This document shows, in pieces, positions 26,426 through 39,703 of a stretch of DNA of 64,000 bases (positions are counted from its first letter, which is position 1; every line of letters begins with the position of its first letter). Origin of the DNA: Amoebidium appalachense (taxonomy: Eukaryota; Protista; Ichthyosporea); contig CAVNZM010000003.1 of NCBI GenBank assembly GCA_963693365.1, positions 12,063,651-12,127,650 on the forward strand, read 5' to 3'. Made by a program: the position numbers and the translations under genes. A model generated the notes under the pieces. The model had not been told where the DNA came from. It was given only the letters and a program-made list of their open reading frames with translations, and made no database searches.

Positions 26426-28816
26426 TTTATCCTTCTTCTTCTGGAATGCTCGGACACTGGGCCCCCAAAAGGGCCTCCCCCCCGGGACACTCGACGATAA
26501 AATCAGCTACATACAACAACAGACAAACAACCACACGTTTACAGTGATCTGCGAAACACAGTTTAAAAACCACCACAAATTCAACTCTACACTGGTCGAC
26601 ACATCCACACACCCCGGTTACGCGAAAAACCGAGGCATTATTGTACTTGCCGCACCACACGTGAGAGTGAAGTGCAAACCGGTAGCAAAAACGGAATTCT
26701 CGGTTTCTATAGAGTTTCTTTCTAATGTTTTTACTTTTGTATATTACCCACCATCTATGTCGGTTGTCGAATTGACTCACGAGTTGTCACAGTTACCAAT
26801 GTCCACTGTTATTTTAGGTGATTTTAACACGCGACTCCACCACACAGACACACTGCAAGTGAGTGTCGGGTACCCATCTAAGCCCCCGGAGCGTGCTATC
26901 CCTTTAGCAAGGTATGTCCAAAGTCACACTTTGCGGTTCCCTCAAATATCCCATGCCCACAACACCGACTGGGGAGTGGCCTTTTGGCCATCAACCATGT
27001 CAAAACTCTCTCTCCCTCCTAACCTCTCTAGGTCATCTGACCACTCTCCTATCCTTTTCCTACCTAAGATCTCCCTTGATCTGCTCCCCCCTCCCCCTCC
27101 CACCTTTCGCCTCCGTCTATCCCAGCTTAAGTCACAGTGGGGTAGAGTTGATGTATGTGTATGCTATGCTACGAAACACCCTATATATATGCGCCTATTA
27201 GAATCTGCACAAGCCAGGCCAGATTCACATCTCGTACTAGATACATGCACTAACTTTATTGTTGATGATTTGATAGATCTCGGTGATTATGCTGGCGGTG
27301 GTAGGAAGGAATATCCCGATGCTCTCTTGTTACCAAACACCACTCCCGCTAGACTAGGTGAACCCCTGTCTCAAAAGGAAAGCTTGCGCCGGCTTGCTAG
27401 TATGAATCGATTTGGCCCCCCTGCTCGTATTATTGGTGATACCACTGGAGACCCCCTCATAGACTCTGATAAGTATTTCTCGGAACTGTTTAAAGATAGG
27501 ACCCCCGCTCAGAAACCTATTGTGTGGCCTGTAGACCCATCTATCCCCATAGAATCGATCCTCCCCTTTTTCAGTCCCGATGCCATATGGTCTGTGATAT
27601 CTAGTTATAGCTCTAGTAAGTCTTGTGGACCTGATGGACTCCCTGCTGGGTTTCTTAAAATCCTTGTTCCCTCCTACCCACAAAAGGAAAGTGATCGTGC
27701 TATTAAACCTGATCTTACTATCATGTTAAGCTCTCTCTTTTCTTGGTGTGTTAAATGTGGACATGTCCCGTCATCTTGGTTAGATACCTTAGTGATCCCC
27801 ATAGTTAAGAAGGACTCTGAGGGCCCCATATCATCCTTTCGCCCCATTACACTAACCCAGGTTGTTCGTAGATTCTTTGAAGCTTGCTTACTTAGGTTAT
27901 TTGCACATCACCCTAGGTTTCAATCTATTCTTCACATACACCCATGCCAATCCGCTTTTCGTAAAAACAATTCATGTTATGTTCAAATAATGGCACTGCA
28001 CGATTCTATGCAAGTTGGTGCACAATATGTTGGCTTTATTGATTGGAAAACTGCTTACGATTCTGTCTCCCCTGGTCTCCTATGGGAAAAGCTTGCTGCA
28101 CGGGGTGTACCACACTGCATTGGTGTTCTGTTAGAAGCACTCTTGTCTCAAACCTATGGTAGAGCTGTGGTTAATGGGCATCTTTCATATGGTTTTGCTC
28201 GTACTAGAGGTCTCTTGCAGGGTTCATTGCTTAGCCCCTTTTTGTTTAACCTATTTATAGATGATTTGGCTGTCAAGATTTACGCCGAAAACGATGACCC
28301 TATTAATAACTTTCCGCCTGCACTTCTCTATGCTGATGATCTGTCCCTCCTTGCCCGTACCCCTAGACGCCTGCAAAGATTGTTCGATGTAGTGTCAGAG
28401 TGGTGCAAGGCAAACCTTATGATCCTTAACATAGACAAATGTGGTGTTCTTGTACCTGATATAGCTAACAATTTACACACATTTACATTATCATCTAAAC
28501 CTGTACCTATAGTTCCAGAATACAAATATCTTGGTGTTCCGGTTGATTCTGTTGGTGTTATGTTTCCCCATATGGTCGAAAAGAGGGTAGAGTTGGCTCG
28601 TAAGCGGTTAGCTTTCTTCTCGGCTAATATTTTTAAAGACACACCCCTCCATCCTTCTATTAGACTTACATTTATTCGCACTTTTGTCTTCCCGGCATGT
28701 GAATATGGTTTACCCCTTCTCGCCGCTTGGATCAAGAAAGAGAGAACTAGAGCGCTTAAACCCTTGGCAAATTTCCTTGAAGCAGAAGTTGCCTCCTTTC
28801 TATCTAACAACTGTTG
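26418..28816 (+). CDS. LINE ORF2, N-terminal part: APE endonuclease and reverse transcriptase
   Basis: APE motifs WNA, CET, VYYPP, GDFN, SDH; RT motifs KSCGPDG, FRPITL, QSAFR, IDWKTAYDSV, GLLQGSLLSP, YADD, YKYLGV. Confidence 0.95.
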
Positions 28817-29841
28817 CATCAGCAAACTTCATCCGGCATCCGAAACCCATTAAAAACCCATTAAAGATATCATAAACCCATAAACCCATCTTTTTGCCAC
28901 TCTTTATCCCCCTCTTGTCTTTTAGATAACATAACAGCATCGTTTTGCTATCACGGGTTTTCTGGATATCATTTTGGTATCTTTTGCTAGATATCAAAAT
29001 GATCTCATAATGGGCTCATACGGAGCACCCTGAACCCATCGTTGTTCTATCCTGTGTTCCATGTATTCAACAACCTCGTTATATCCGTATGATACCATTA
29101 TGATAGTCTATTTGATATCATAAAATCTTTTTAGTCTGATGTTCAGAAGCGTTTTAGACATAATAAAGATATCTCTAATAGCGGATTAGGAGCCCTTCCC
29201 CATATCCTTATGGTAGCTATCACATATCCTTACGATATATATGATAATCGATCATAAGATACATATATATCTATATGATATCATTTCGAGGTCATTATAG
29301 GAGGTTTCGTATATGGTAATACATCTATAAGATACTATTACAGATGTCCTTTTCATATACAACGGATAGGTATAGGATGCCGAAAACATTATCTAAAGAT
29401 CATACGTTAAATGTCATAACGATATAAGCCTCATAACATAAAGATAACTAGGATGGGTCAAAAGAAATTTCGTAATAATATCGTTTTGATAGTTTTAGGA
29501 GCCTTTAAAGATATGAGAAGTTCTGGCTGTATGTCCTCTACACGACATCTTTCTAGTATCTGTTACATATCGTTAAAACATATAGTAGTTTATCAGCTAA
29601 CCATTCCTTATGATATTAGTAGCATATCGTTAACATAACTCTGTCACATCTTTTTGACATACAGCACATATATCAAAACGATAAATTTAAGGTATAATTA
29701 AGATTTATTAAGAATGATTTTCGCAATATAGTTATATTATCCTTTTCATATCATTATGTTATGTCTTGATATATATGATTGAGCCATTTTCAAAGTTGAT
29801 ATCATCCAGACGTCGTTTCCGATCACTGTTTGATGTCGTTT

Positions 29842-29875
<34 letters not shown>

Positions 29876-30549
29876 ACCGGCCCCCCCCCCCGCCCCTCAC
29901 CCCTTTCGAACCTGCCTGTCACGTGGTCATATGTCGTCGAGCCGCTGATTACAGATCCATTTTCTGCAGACACGTCCCACTGGAACGTGTCAACTATAAC
30001 TCATCTATTATCTTTTACGTAGGGTTATGTCCCACTGGGGCGTGTCTGTCACTTCAAATATTTTCTAAGACAAATATTTTTAAAGACATGTCCTCGGGAC
30101 ATGTCTTCACACAATTTATTCGAACTACGAAAACACACAAAATAAATACACAGACACACACAAAATAATAATAATAATAATAAAAATAATAAAAAGCTCT
30201 GTTACTTTTTCTCTTCGCACACACACACACAAAAAAAAAGAAAAAAAGAAAAAAAAAAGAAAAGTCACTCTTTTGTGTGTGTGTGGGGGGGGGGGGGGGG
30301 GGGGGGGGAAGGAGTATAAAAGAGCAGCAACGAACATAAACAAAACTCAAAACAAGCAAACTATTATGCGGGTTTCTAAGAAGCTCCCAACATCATTAAA
30401 CTAAACACATGCTAATCCCTTGACAGAAGAGTAACAAGGTGTGTGTGTATGGGTATGAGGCCCAAAAAAAAAAAAAAGGACGCCCAACATGACAATATAA
30501 GGGGGGCACTCTTACACCAAACCATACCATACCAAATGCCGGCAGAGTA

Positions 30550-30795
30550 ATTAACAGGACAAAGAGCCGGTACCCACCTATGGGTGCTAAACATGCACAT
30601 GATCATTCATGTGCTATAAGAGCAACACAGAAACGAAACACGGAAACAACAGCAGCCATAGGACAAAGAACCAGACCCACAGGGTCTTGCCTCCATACTT
30701 TATTTACCTTAACAGGACAAAGAGCCGGTACCCACCTATGAAACGAAAAACGGAAACAACAGCAGCCATAGGACAAAGAGCCGGTACCCACCTCT
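30550..30795. repeat. Local modular repeats
   Basis: AGGACAAAGAGCCGGTACCCACCT occurs three times and CGGAAACAACAGCAGCCATAGGACAAAGA twice. Confidence 0.75.
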
Positions 30796-30905
30796 AGATG
30801 ATAACGTAGCCTTATAGCTGCTGATGACTTCATGGGCCAACCTTGCCAAAACCTGTAAAGGAACTCGAGCTAAGAATTAGCTCATCCTACTTGCGAGAAG
30901 TGGGG

Positions 30906-30946
<41 letters not shown>

Positions 30947-31806
30947 GAGGGGGCTGACTGAGAGTGGCAAAAAAAGAGTCGACAGAAGCAACCTTAAACA
31001 TAGTAAGGACGGAAACCCGGACCAGAACTTATGAAGTCTAGAGAAGCAGAAAATAGCTTGAACGATCGGTGGAGGGGATGATAGCTATAGTGCTAACAGC
31101 AAAAGTAGTGCCCACAGTCGCTGGTTCATGAACGTGAAAGGCAACGTGCATCTGCAGCCAGCAGACACACGCACACGCACGCACGCACACACACATACAC
31201 ACACACACACACAGACACAGACACAGACCAGACAGACAAACGCCATATGCACAAAAGCAGGCAACACAAAACTAACCTTCAAGAAGAAGCTGCAGCATGC
31301 AGCATGGTCCAAAACAATCAGCACGGTGGCTGCGCGATCTGCGGAGGGGATCTGTGACCAGGCGCTGCGGGAAGGGAACTGCGACCAGGCGACCTGCGGG
31401 AAGGGACCTGCGACCAGGCGACCTGCGGGAAAGGACCTGCGGACCTGCGGGAAGGGGGAAGAGAAGTGGAGAAAACAACGTGCGTACAGGCTTAAATGGA
31501 GAAAAAAATTGCAAACCGGATTGGGATTTAGCCAATCACTATTCGCCGCGCCTGATTAGGAAAAAGATAAAAATAGATTTCGGCTCGCGCGCGCGCGTGC
31601 ATCAGCTTGGTGCCCTTAGCGCTACCCTTAGTGCCCTTAGTCACAACTATCAGACTATAGTTACGTGTCCTCCACTTCTTTGTTCTTGACCATTTTTTCG
31701 GCATGAAAGGGTTTCTGTTACTTCTTGCTGTCCTTCTTAGCGTGCTTGCTTGTCTTTTTTTCAACATGGGTGTCACTGGCGCTTTCGACTTCTTTGAAAT
31801 CACACA

Positions 31807-31837
<31 letters not shown>

Positions 31838-32369
31838 GCACGCGCGCACGCACACACACTCACACATGCACACTGCACACACACACACACACACACACAC
31901 AGGCGCGCACACACAGGCACGCACACACACACAGGCGCACACCTACACAACACACACAGCACATGCACACACAAGCGCACACACGCACACACCCTGTTAT
32001 CCCTGATCATGATGCCCCCTCCCCCCTCCCTCTTCCCCCCCGCGCACCCCCCCCCCCCCCCCCCCACCCACCCCACCCACCCACCTACAAAGACGAAAAC
32101 ATTGTACATGTATTGCATACACAAATATACTCGCACATATACATACACACATTCACTTTAATCTTTCAGGCTACATGTGCAATATACATTAATTATGCAC
32201 AGTCGATAGAATTCGTTGTGAACCCCCCCCCCCCCCCCCCCCCTCCCCCCCCCCTCGTTCCCCCCATATGCAATGGGGATAATATTGTTTCCCGCTATTA
32301 ATTAAAAAATCACCGTTCTAACTTCTTAAGACCGAACCACTTGTAACACCGACAGTTTCGGTTGTGTGG

Positions 32370-32409
<40 letters not shown>

Positions 32410-32520
32410 CCCACCCACCACCTTACCAATATTGAGGTGTACACTGCCCCCACATCCCCAACTGTGTGCTGAATATCCCGTGCTAGGAAACCAATAACGT
32501 GAAAGTAACACATGCCGCAT

Positions 32521-34433
32521 GTGGGTAGTTATTGAAAAAACCAATAATGTCTAGGTAACATACCGTATGATGTACATATACTATGCTACAAAGGGGGTTC
32601 TATACGAGCTACAACGTTGTGTTTTTTTCGTGTGACCCTCGTACTCCAGGGGCACATTCACCATCCCCCCCATAAACTTTGTGGTAAAGTTCTCGTGCTA
32701 GAAGCTGTTCTGTGGGTAGTTATTGAAAAAACGAATAATGTCTAGGTAACACATGTACATATGCTATGCTACAAGGGGGGTTCTATTCGAGCTACAATGT
32801 TGTGTTTTTTTCGTGTGACCCTCGTACTCCAGGGGCACATTCACCATCCACCCCATAAACGTTGTGGTAAATCTCTCGTCCTAGAGGCTGTTCTGTGGGT
32901 AGTTATTGAAAAACCAATAATGTCTAGGTAACATATATATGTACATATACTATGCTACAAGGGGGGTTCTATACGAGCTACAACGTTGTGTTTTTTTCGT
33001 GTGACCCTCGTACTCCAGGGGCACATTCACCATCCCCCCCATAAACGTTGTGGTAAAGCTCTCGTGCTAGAAGCTGTTCTGTGGGTAGTTATTGAAAAAA
33101 CCAATAATGTCTAGGTAACATACTATGTACATATACTATGCTACAAGGGGGGTTCTATACGAGCTACAACGTTGTGCTTTTTTCGTGTGACCCTCGTACT
33201 CCAGGGGCACATTCACCATCCCCCCCATACACGTTGTGGTAAAGCTCTCGTGCTAGAAGCTGTTCTGTGGGTAGTTATTGAAAAAACGAATAATGTCTAG
33301 GTAACACATGTACTTATACTATGCTACAAGGGGGGTTCTATTCGAGCTACAATGTTGTGTTTTTTTCGTGTGACCCTCGTACTCCAGGGGCACATTCACC
33401 ATCCACCCCATAAACTTTGTGGTAAATCTCTCGTGCTAGAGGCTGTTCTGTGGGTAGCTATTGAAAAACCAATAATGTCTAGGTAACATATGTACATATA
33501 CTATGCTACAAGGGGGGTTCTATACGAGCTACAACGTTGTGTTTTCTTCGTGTGACCCTCGTACTCCAGGGGCACATTCACCATCCCCCCCATAAACGTT
33601 GTGGTAAAGCTCTCGTGCTAGAAGCTGTTCTGTGGGTAGTTATTGAAAAAACCAATAATGTCTAGGTAACATACTATGTACATATACTATGCTACAAGGG
33701 GGGTTCTATACGAGCTACAACGTTGTGTTTTTTTCGTGTGACCCTTGTACTCCAGGGGCACATTCAACATCCCCCCCATACACGTTGTGGTAAATGTCTC
33801 GTGCTAGAAGCTGTTCTGTGGGTAGTTATTGAAACAACCAATAATGTCTAGGTAACACATGGACATATACTATGCTACAAGGGGGGTCTATTCGAGCTAC
33901 AACATTGTGTTTTTTTCGTGTGACCCTCGTACTCCAGGGGCACATTCACCATCGCCCCCATAAACTTTGTGGTAAATGTCTCGTGCTAGAAGCTGTTCTG
34001 TGGGTAGTTATTGAAAAAACCAATAATGTCTAGGTAACATACTATGTACATATACTATGCTACAAGGGGGGTTCTATACGAGCTACAACGTTGTGTTTTT
34101 TTCGTGTGACCCTCGTACTCCAGGGGCACATTCACCATCCCCCCCATAAACTTTGTGGTAAAGCTCTCGTGCTAGAAGCTGTTCTGTGGGTAGTTATTGA
34201 AAAAACGAATAATGTCTAGGTAACACATGTACTTATACTATGCTACAAGGGGGGTTCTATTCGAGCTACAAGGTTGTGTTTTTTTCGTGTGACCCTCGTA
34301 CTCCAGGGGCACATTTACCATCCCCCCCATAAACGTTGTGGTAAATTTCTCGTGCTAGAGGCTGTTCTGTGGGTAGTTATTGAAAAACCAATAATGTCTA
34401 GGTAACATATGTACATATACTATGCTACAAGGT
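32521..34433. repeat. Tandem satellite, ~184-bp unit, 10 full copies plus a partial copy
   Basis: Unit starts (GTGGGTAG) at 32521, 32712, 32895, 33081, 33267, 33450, 33632, 33818, 34000, 34186 and 34369. Confidence 0.97.
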
Positions 34434-34456
34434 GCTACAAGGGAGGAGATATTTTA

Positions 34457-34652
34457 GGGGGTTTACGCTGTTTACTCGAGGCAAAGAGAACCAGTCTCAG
34501 GTATGGGGGGGGGGGTTTTGCTCGGAATATCCCCTCAGCGGTATATCATGATCACGTACATAGATGTCGGGTGGTGACTATATATCAGGGTTTACTTTCT
34601 CTACGAGACACCATAAAGACTACAAGGAGAAATCAATTAGTTGGGGTTCCCC

Positions 34653-34699
<47 letters not shown>

Positions 34700-34731
34700 G
34701 GGCTCCCCTCGGGACACTCGGTATCAGCTGG

Positions 34732-34792
<61 letters not shown>

Positions 34793-35013
34793 TGTGTGCG
34801 CGTGCGCTATAATTTTGTAGTGATGTGTTTCTCAAGCCAATCAATACATCTAATAAACAGGTCGTAGTTACGCGTGTTTAGTATAAAATCAAGGATGTTG
34901 TAATTTACAGGTAGGCTATCTTTCTGGGTGTCTGTTGTGAATGTGACGTGTGTGTGTTGCGGTATTATGTGGTCTATCAAACTACATTTGGCGATACATG
35001 ACCGGTTAAACTG
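34457..35013 (-). mobile_element. 5'-truncated copy of the same LINE (3' ~560 bp), inverted
   Basis: Reverse complement of 38611-39172, essentially identical apart from microsatellite and homopolymer lengths. Confidence 0.92.
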
Positions 35014-35098
35014 AACGGGAGAGTGAGCCGAGAATGTGTAGATAAAGAACAGAGGAATATCGAGGCAACCGTGGTGTACCCTGTCTTTATGTGAACAC

Positions 35099-35130
<32 letters not shown>

Positions 35131-35203
35131 CTCGCGCGTTCGTGTCTACCGATGTACGTGCACACGGGCATGTGTTTGGGTGTGTGTATGTACGTGTGTG
35201 TGT

Positions 35204-35249
<46 letters not shown>

Positions 35250-35273
35250 AGGTGCGCATGGTAACGTGTGTGT

Positions 35274-35359
<86 letters not shown>

Positions 35360-35392
35360 CAACGTGCCTGTGTGTGTGTGTGTGTGTGTGGC

Positions 35393-35423
<31 letters not shown>

Positions 35424-38018
35424 AGGGCAACGTGTCTGTCTGTGTGTGTGTATCTCTCTCTGTGTGTGTGTGTTTGTGTGTGTGTGTGTGGCAGCGTGCG
35501 TGTCTCGCTGTGTGTGTGTGTGTGTGTGTGTGTCATGATTGACGACATAGGTTCAGAAGAAGAGTGTGTATCACTACGTTGCAGTTTTCACATACTTTGT
35601 AGTTCACGCGCGCGGAGGCATAATGTTAACGTGCGTTACCGGTTATAGAAAGCACAAGCGTAACTAGCGTTTTATATCATAAATAGTCATAAAATGGTAA
35701 CGTTCATTATAACTACGATGCATGAGAATAGAATGATATCAACAATACATACATTAGATATCGTACGGATATCTTGCGATATATCATCTGGTGTCCGGAG
35801 AATGTGCACGTGCCTGTGATGTGCACCCGCCCTAATGCAGTAAGGTATTGTTTTCAGGCGCTAATAAACCTTCAAAGGTGGTAACATCCCCGGAACACAC
35901 AAAATATAAAATTGCAATAAATAACCATTTTCCTGCTTCGATGCTCGAAATTGGTACTATGTAGTTACTAGATTGCTCTATTTTGCCTAGTGTTTAGTGT
36001 TTCGGACGTTCGCAATTTACACTCTGCCACATGGCACTTGCCAAATGGGGTAATTTAGTTTTATTTGCGGCCGTTGTGGTTGCGTGTTTATCTAACAAAT
36101 ATCATTATGAGATGTTTATGACCCCTGTGGGATATGTACAAGATCAGACCATAGAAGATCAGGTCGTTGCGATGTCGTAAAGATGGCAGAAACATATCTT
36201 CATTAGATGTATGCGATAATCTCAATTAAACATGAAACGTGATTGGCTGATCACAGTTGGGTGACCCTGAGCATGCCGTTTTGAAGAATAACAACCAATC
36301 AAAATCGGGTTTGCCATTTTGTGATTTTCGTCCCACAATCGAACGGAAAAGTGATTTCCTGGCCCTATATAAATGGCCATGCCACCATCACATTCAGATG
36401 GCCGCAATGAGCCCCGCAATGCCCCGTGTGAGTACTCAATTGGCGGGTTTCCCAACGATTGCTCAGCTGGCTTGATCACAAAAATTTTCTTTGCGCGTAT
36501 ATCGCAACCATTCTCATCGGACATCTAATAGACATCTAAAGGATTTTTCGATTGTTCTTCTGATATCTTTCTAATATCCACAATGCTGCCGTTTAGATAT
36601 CACATTGATGTACTTACAAAAGACACTGACCTTCTACTGCACGGATGTTCTTCTGATATCTTTCTAATATCCACAATACTGCCGCTTAGATATCACTGGG
36701 ATGGCAAGCTTATGTATCATATACTTATGAATTCGATATATAAATATATCCCTATGCGGATATCGCAATGATAATCTAAGGGCCTCTAAAAGATATGTAG
36801 ATGATACCTCGTGGACTACTGCTCTGGACAGATTAGGATATTCAAATGATAGGTTACAGCATATCACATTGATGTACATAGCGACATCTTACCGATATCA
36901 ATCACACAACTCACTAGTCTTTATTTAGATATATCAGGTACATATCCTTACGACGTGTACAAAGATATGAATTAGATATCGTAGCTTGGGCCTGCAAAGA
37001 GGCAGTTGTGATATGTTTGAGATGTAGGACCAAAAACAGATAACATATTGAATATAAAAGGGATATCAAAAAGAATTATCAAAAGGATACCCACAATGCT
37101 GCCGTTTTAGACAGAGCGGGATATTCAAATGATAAGTTACAGCATATCACATTGATGTACATAGGGGCATCTTACACATACCAATCACATATATCACAAG
37201 TCTTTATTTAGATATATTTGGTACATATCCTTACGACCTGTACAATGATATGAATTAGATATCATATCTTGGGCCTGTGGACAAAGGGATATCCGAAAGG
37301 ATATCAAAAGGATGTCTTCAACATGCCTACTGGTTGTGTACAAGGAGGGTATCTTCTGGATTACCCCCATGGGCGCATAACGATATCAAAAAAATGGTTG
37401 TAGGTACATCACAACGATGTCCAGACGATATCAAAACAACATCTGTATTATATTCAATTTATAAGCATACATGTTATCCATCAGATATCACGTGGATATC
37501 AATTTGTATTGTCCCACGACATCAGGTAGATATCGTCATGTAATGCGTATTGGATGGGATTAAGATATTCTATAATGAGGGATATCTGTAGGCTATAACA
37601 AAGACATCTAACAGATATCGTTTGGGGCACCAATATCCTAAACGTATGTGAAACATATCCAAAAGAGCTATTATGACCTTGCTAACATACATATCACTAG
37701 GATAGCATATGGATATCATAATGCTATGAGGAAATTTTGAGATTTTCGGTCAAAAACCAAAACCATCGTGGTTTTCTATGATATCGTAAGGATATCGTAA
37801 GGATATCAGCAAAGGATGGGTTTCGGATATGCGCCATACCATAACCAATCCGAACCCTATCAAAGATATCATTGATAGGGATCTGATGGGTTCTATCCGG
37901 GAATTCTATGATATCTTGTCAGGCTCTTTTTGACGTATTTAGGGTGGGGTTTGGTATGCCATATATCAAAATGATATATAAGATGGGTTTCGGATGCCGG
38001 ATGAAGTTTGCTGATGTG

Positions 38019-38817
38019 TAAACCTGGGCCTGTAACGCTCTCGATATATGGTCTGGTCCCAATAGCTGCTAGAGTATCCTATCTCGCGCTGAAATTCAAT
38101 AAGCACATAAGCCGCTTAAAGAAGTATTTGCCCTCCCACCCTCTCTTCTCTATCCGACCTGTCCCCTCCTCACCTCTCCCCTCTTTCCTCCCCTCTCTCT
38201 CCCCTTCTCCCCTGGGCACAAATACAAATAAACCCCGCAATAGTGTGTGTGTGACTTTGGACTGCCACTTACTTATTAAACATGTACACAATCACAAGAT
38301 AATCACGCAATATAACAAATGGAAAAAGATACCACACGACACTAGACCCGATGAAAGCATACACCTTGAAAAACTAAGCCTTATGTCTCGTTTTATATAT
38401 ACTGACCGCCTCAACCATATTGCCAAATATGGCACTCGCAAGTGTATAACACCTAAATACATATTACCTTCCTGTAGAACTGGTCTTTCTCTAGCTGATG
38501 GTATTATTGATCAATTACCACGCTTTTACTGTACACGTGCTATACAGTGGAGATCTAATAAGTATAAGGTGGCATCATTTGCATCATGCCCAAACAACAC
38601 ACACACACACCAGTTTAACCGGTCATGTATCGCCAAATGTAGTTTGATAGACCACATAATACCGCAACACACACACGTCACATTCACAACAGACACCCAG
38701 AAAGATAGCCTACCTGTAAATTACAACATCCTTGATTTTATACTAAACACGCGTAACTACGACCTGTTTATTAGATGTATTGATTGGCTTGAGAAACACA
38801 TCACTACAAAATTATAG
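38019..38817 (+). CDS. LINE ORF2, C-terminal part
   Basis: Rejoins 28816 in frame once the insertion and one TG are removed (2399+799 = 3198 nt, 1065 aa); Cys/His motif CPNNTHTHQFNRSCIAKC. Confidence 0.88.
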
Positions 38818-38838
38818 CGCACGCGCACACACACACAC

Positions 38839-38893
<55 letters not shown>

Positions 38894-38926
38894 CCAGCTG
38901 ATACCGAGTGTCCCGAGGGGAGCCCC

Positions 38927-38976
<50 letters not shown>

Positions 38977-39703
38977 GGGGAACCCCAACTAATTGATTTC
39001 TCCTTGTAGTCTTTATGGTGTCTCGTAGAGAAAGTAAACCCTGATATATAGTCACCACCCGACATCTATGTACGTGATCATGATATACCGCTGAGGGGAT
39101 ATTCCGAGCAAACCCCCCCCCCCCCATACCTGAGACTGGTTCTCTTTGCCTCGAGTAAACAGCGTAAACCCCTCATTCATTCCCGCTCGAATTCAAACCT
39201 CACGGTACGGCCATCTCGACCGTTCAGTACCGGTACCGGACTCCTCCGTGTGTCTTATGTCTGTCTGTTTACTCCACCGTCACAAACCGTTGGTCGCAGC
39301 CTATTATTAATACTCTCGGTTGCAGCTGCTTACTATGTGCCTGTGTCTGTAACCTGTTTCTAACACCGTCAACCTTACGTATACTGTGTGTCATCTTTTT
39401 GATCGTTTCATCGTTTTGTGGCCTTTCAGGATTAAATGGGCTATGGTTTAACTGCACCAGCGATTATGCGATCAGAGTCAACCCTGTATTATCATATATT
39501 AACCAGAGACCAATAGGTGGGCAGCTTTGAACATCAGCCAATCGCCGGACAGCATGATGCAGTCATCGTTGGTGGCTCCGATTTTTCCTTACACTCTCGC
39601 GACCGCTTGCATGCTTTCTGTCGCGGCGCCTCGACGGTTCGATAGAGTCCAGTGTTCGCTGAATGTGTAAGGAAAAATAAGGAGCCATCTCAGTAGGTGG
39701 CAG

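Larger units (their letters stand above)
28817..38016. mobile_element. 9.2-kb non-autonomous TIR DNA transposon, 2-bp TSD (CMC/EnSpm-like, tentative)
   Basis: Perfect 34-bp TIR CATCAGCAAACTTCATCCGGCATCCGAAACCCAT at 28817-28850 and 37983-38016; TG on both flanks; subterminal AAACCCAT and GATATC-like repeats; no transposase seen. Confidence 0.9.
26042..39173 (+). mobile_element. Young non-LTR retrotransposon (APE endonuclease + RT), interrupted at 28817-38016
   Basis: Remnant ORF1, ORF2, and a 3' UTR ending GTAAACCCC; candidate TSD CATTCA at 26036-26041 and 39174-39179. Confidence 0.9.
25806..39703. mobile_element. Non-autonomous DNA element with 9-bp TSD (Mutator-like); own sequence 25806-26041 plus 39174-39703
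   Basis: GCATCGTTT is duplicated at 25797-25805 and 39704-39712; imperfect TIR CTCACACGTACTGA / TCAGTAGGTGGCAG; the LINE sequence resumes after it. Confidence 0.7.

Noticed and set aside
28817-28850. Adenovirus/Polinton-like terminus (CATCAGCAAA)
   Set aside because: Only superficial similarity; no polymerase, integrase or capsid ORFs, and the TSD is 2 bp.
32521-34433. CRISPR-like array or tandem retrozyme
   Set aside because: Whole units are near-identical with no unique spacers, there are no cas genes, and no CUGANGA/GAAA core was found in the unit.
39085-39135. Hammerhead in the LINE 3' UTR (CTGAGGG...GCAAA)
   Set aside because: Core nucleotides do not match and the stems could not be built.
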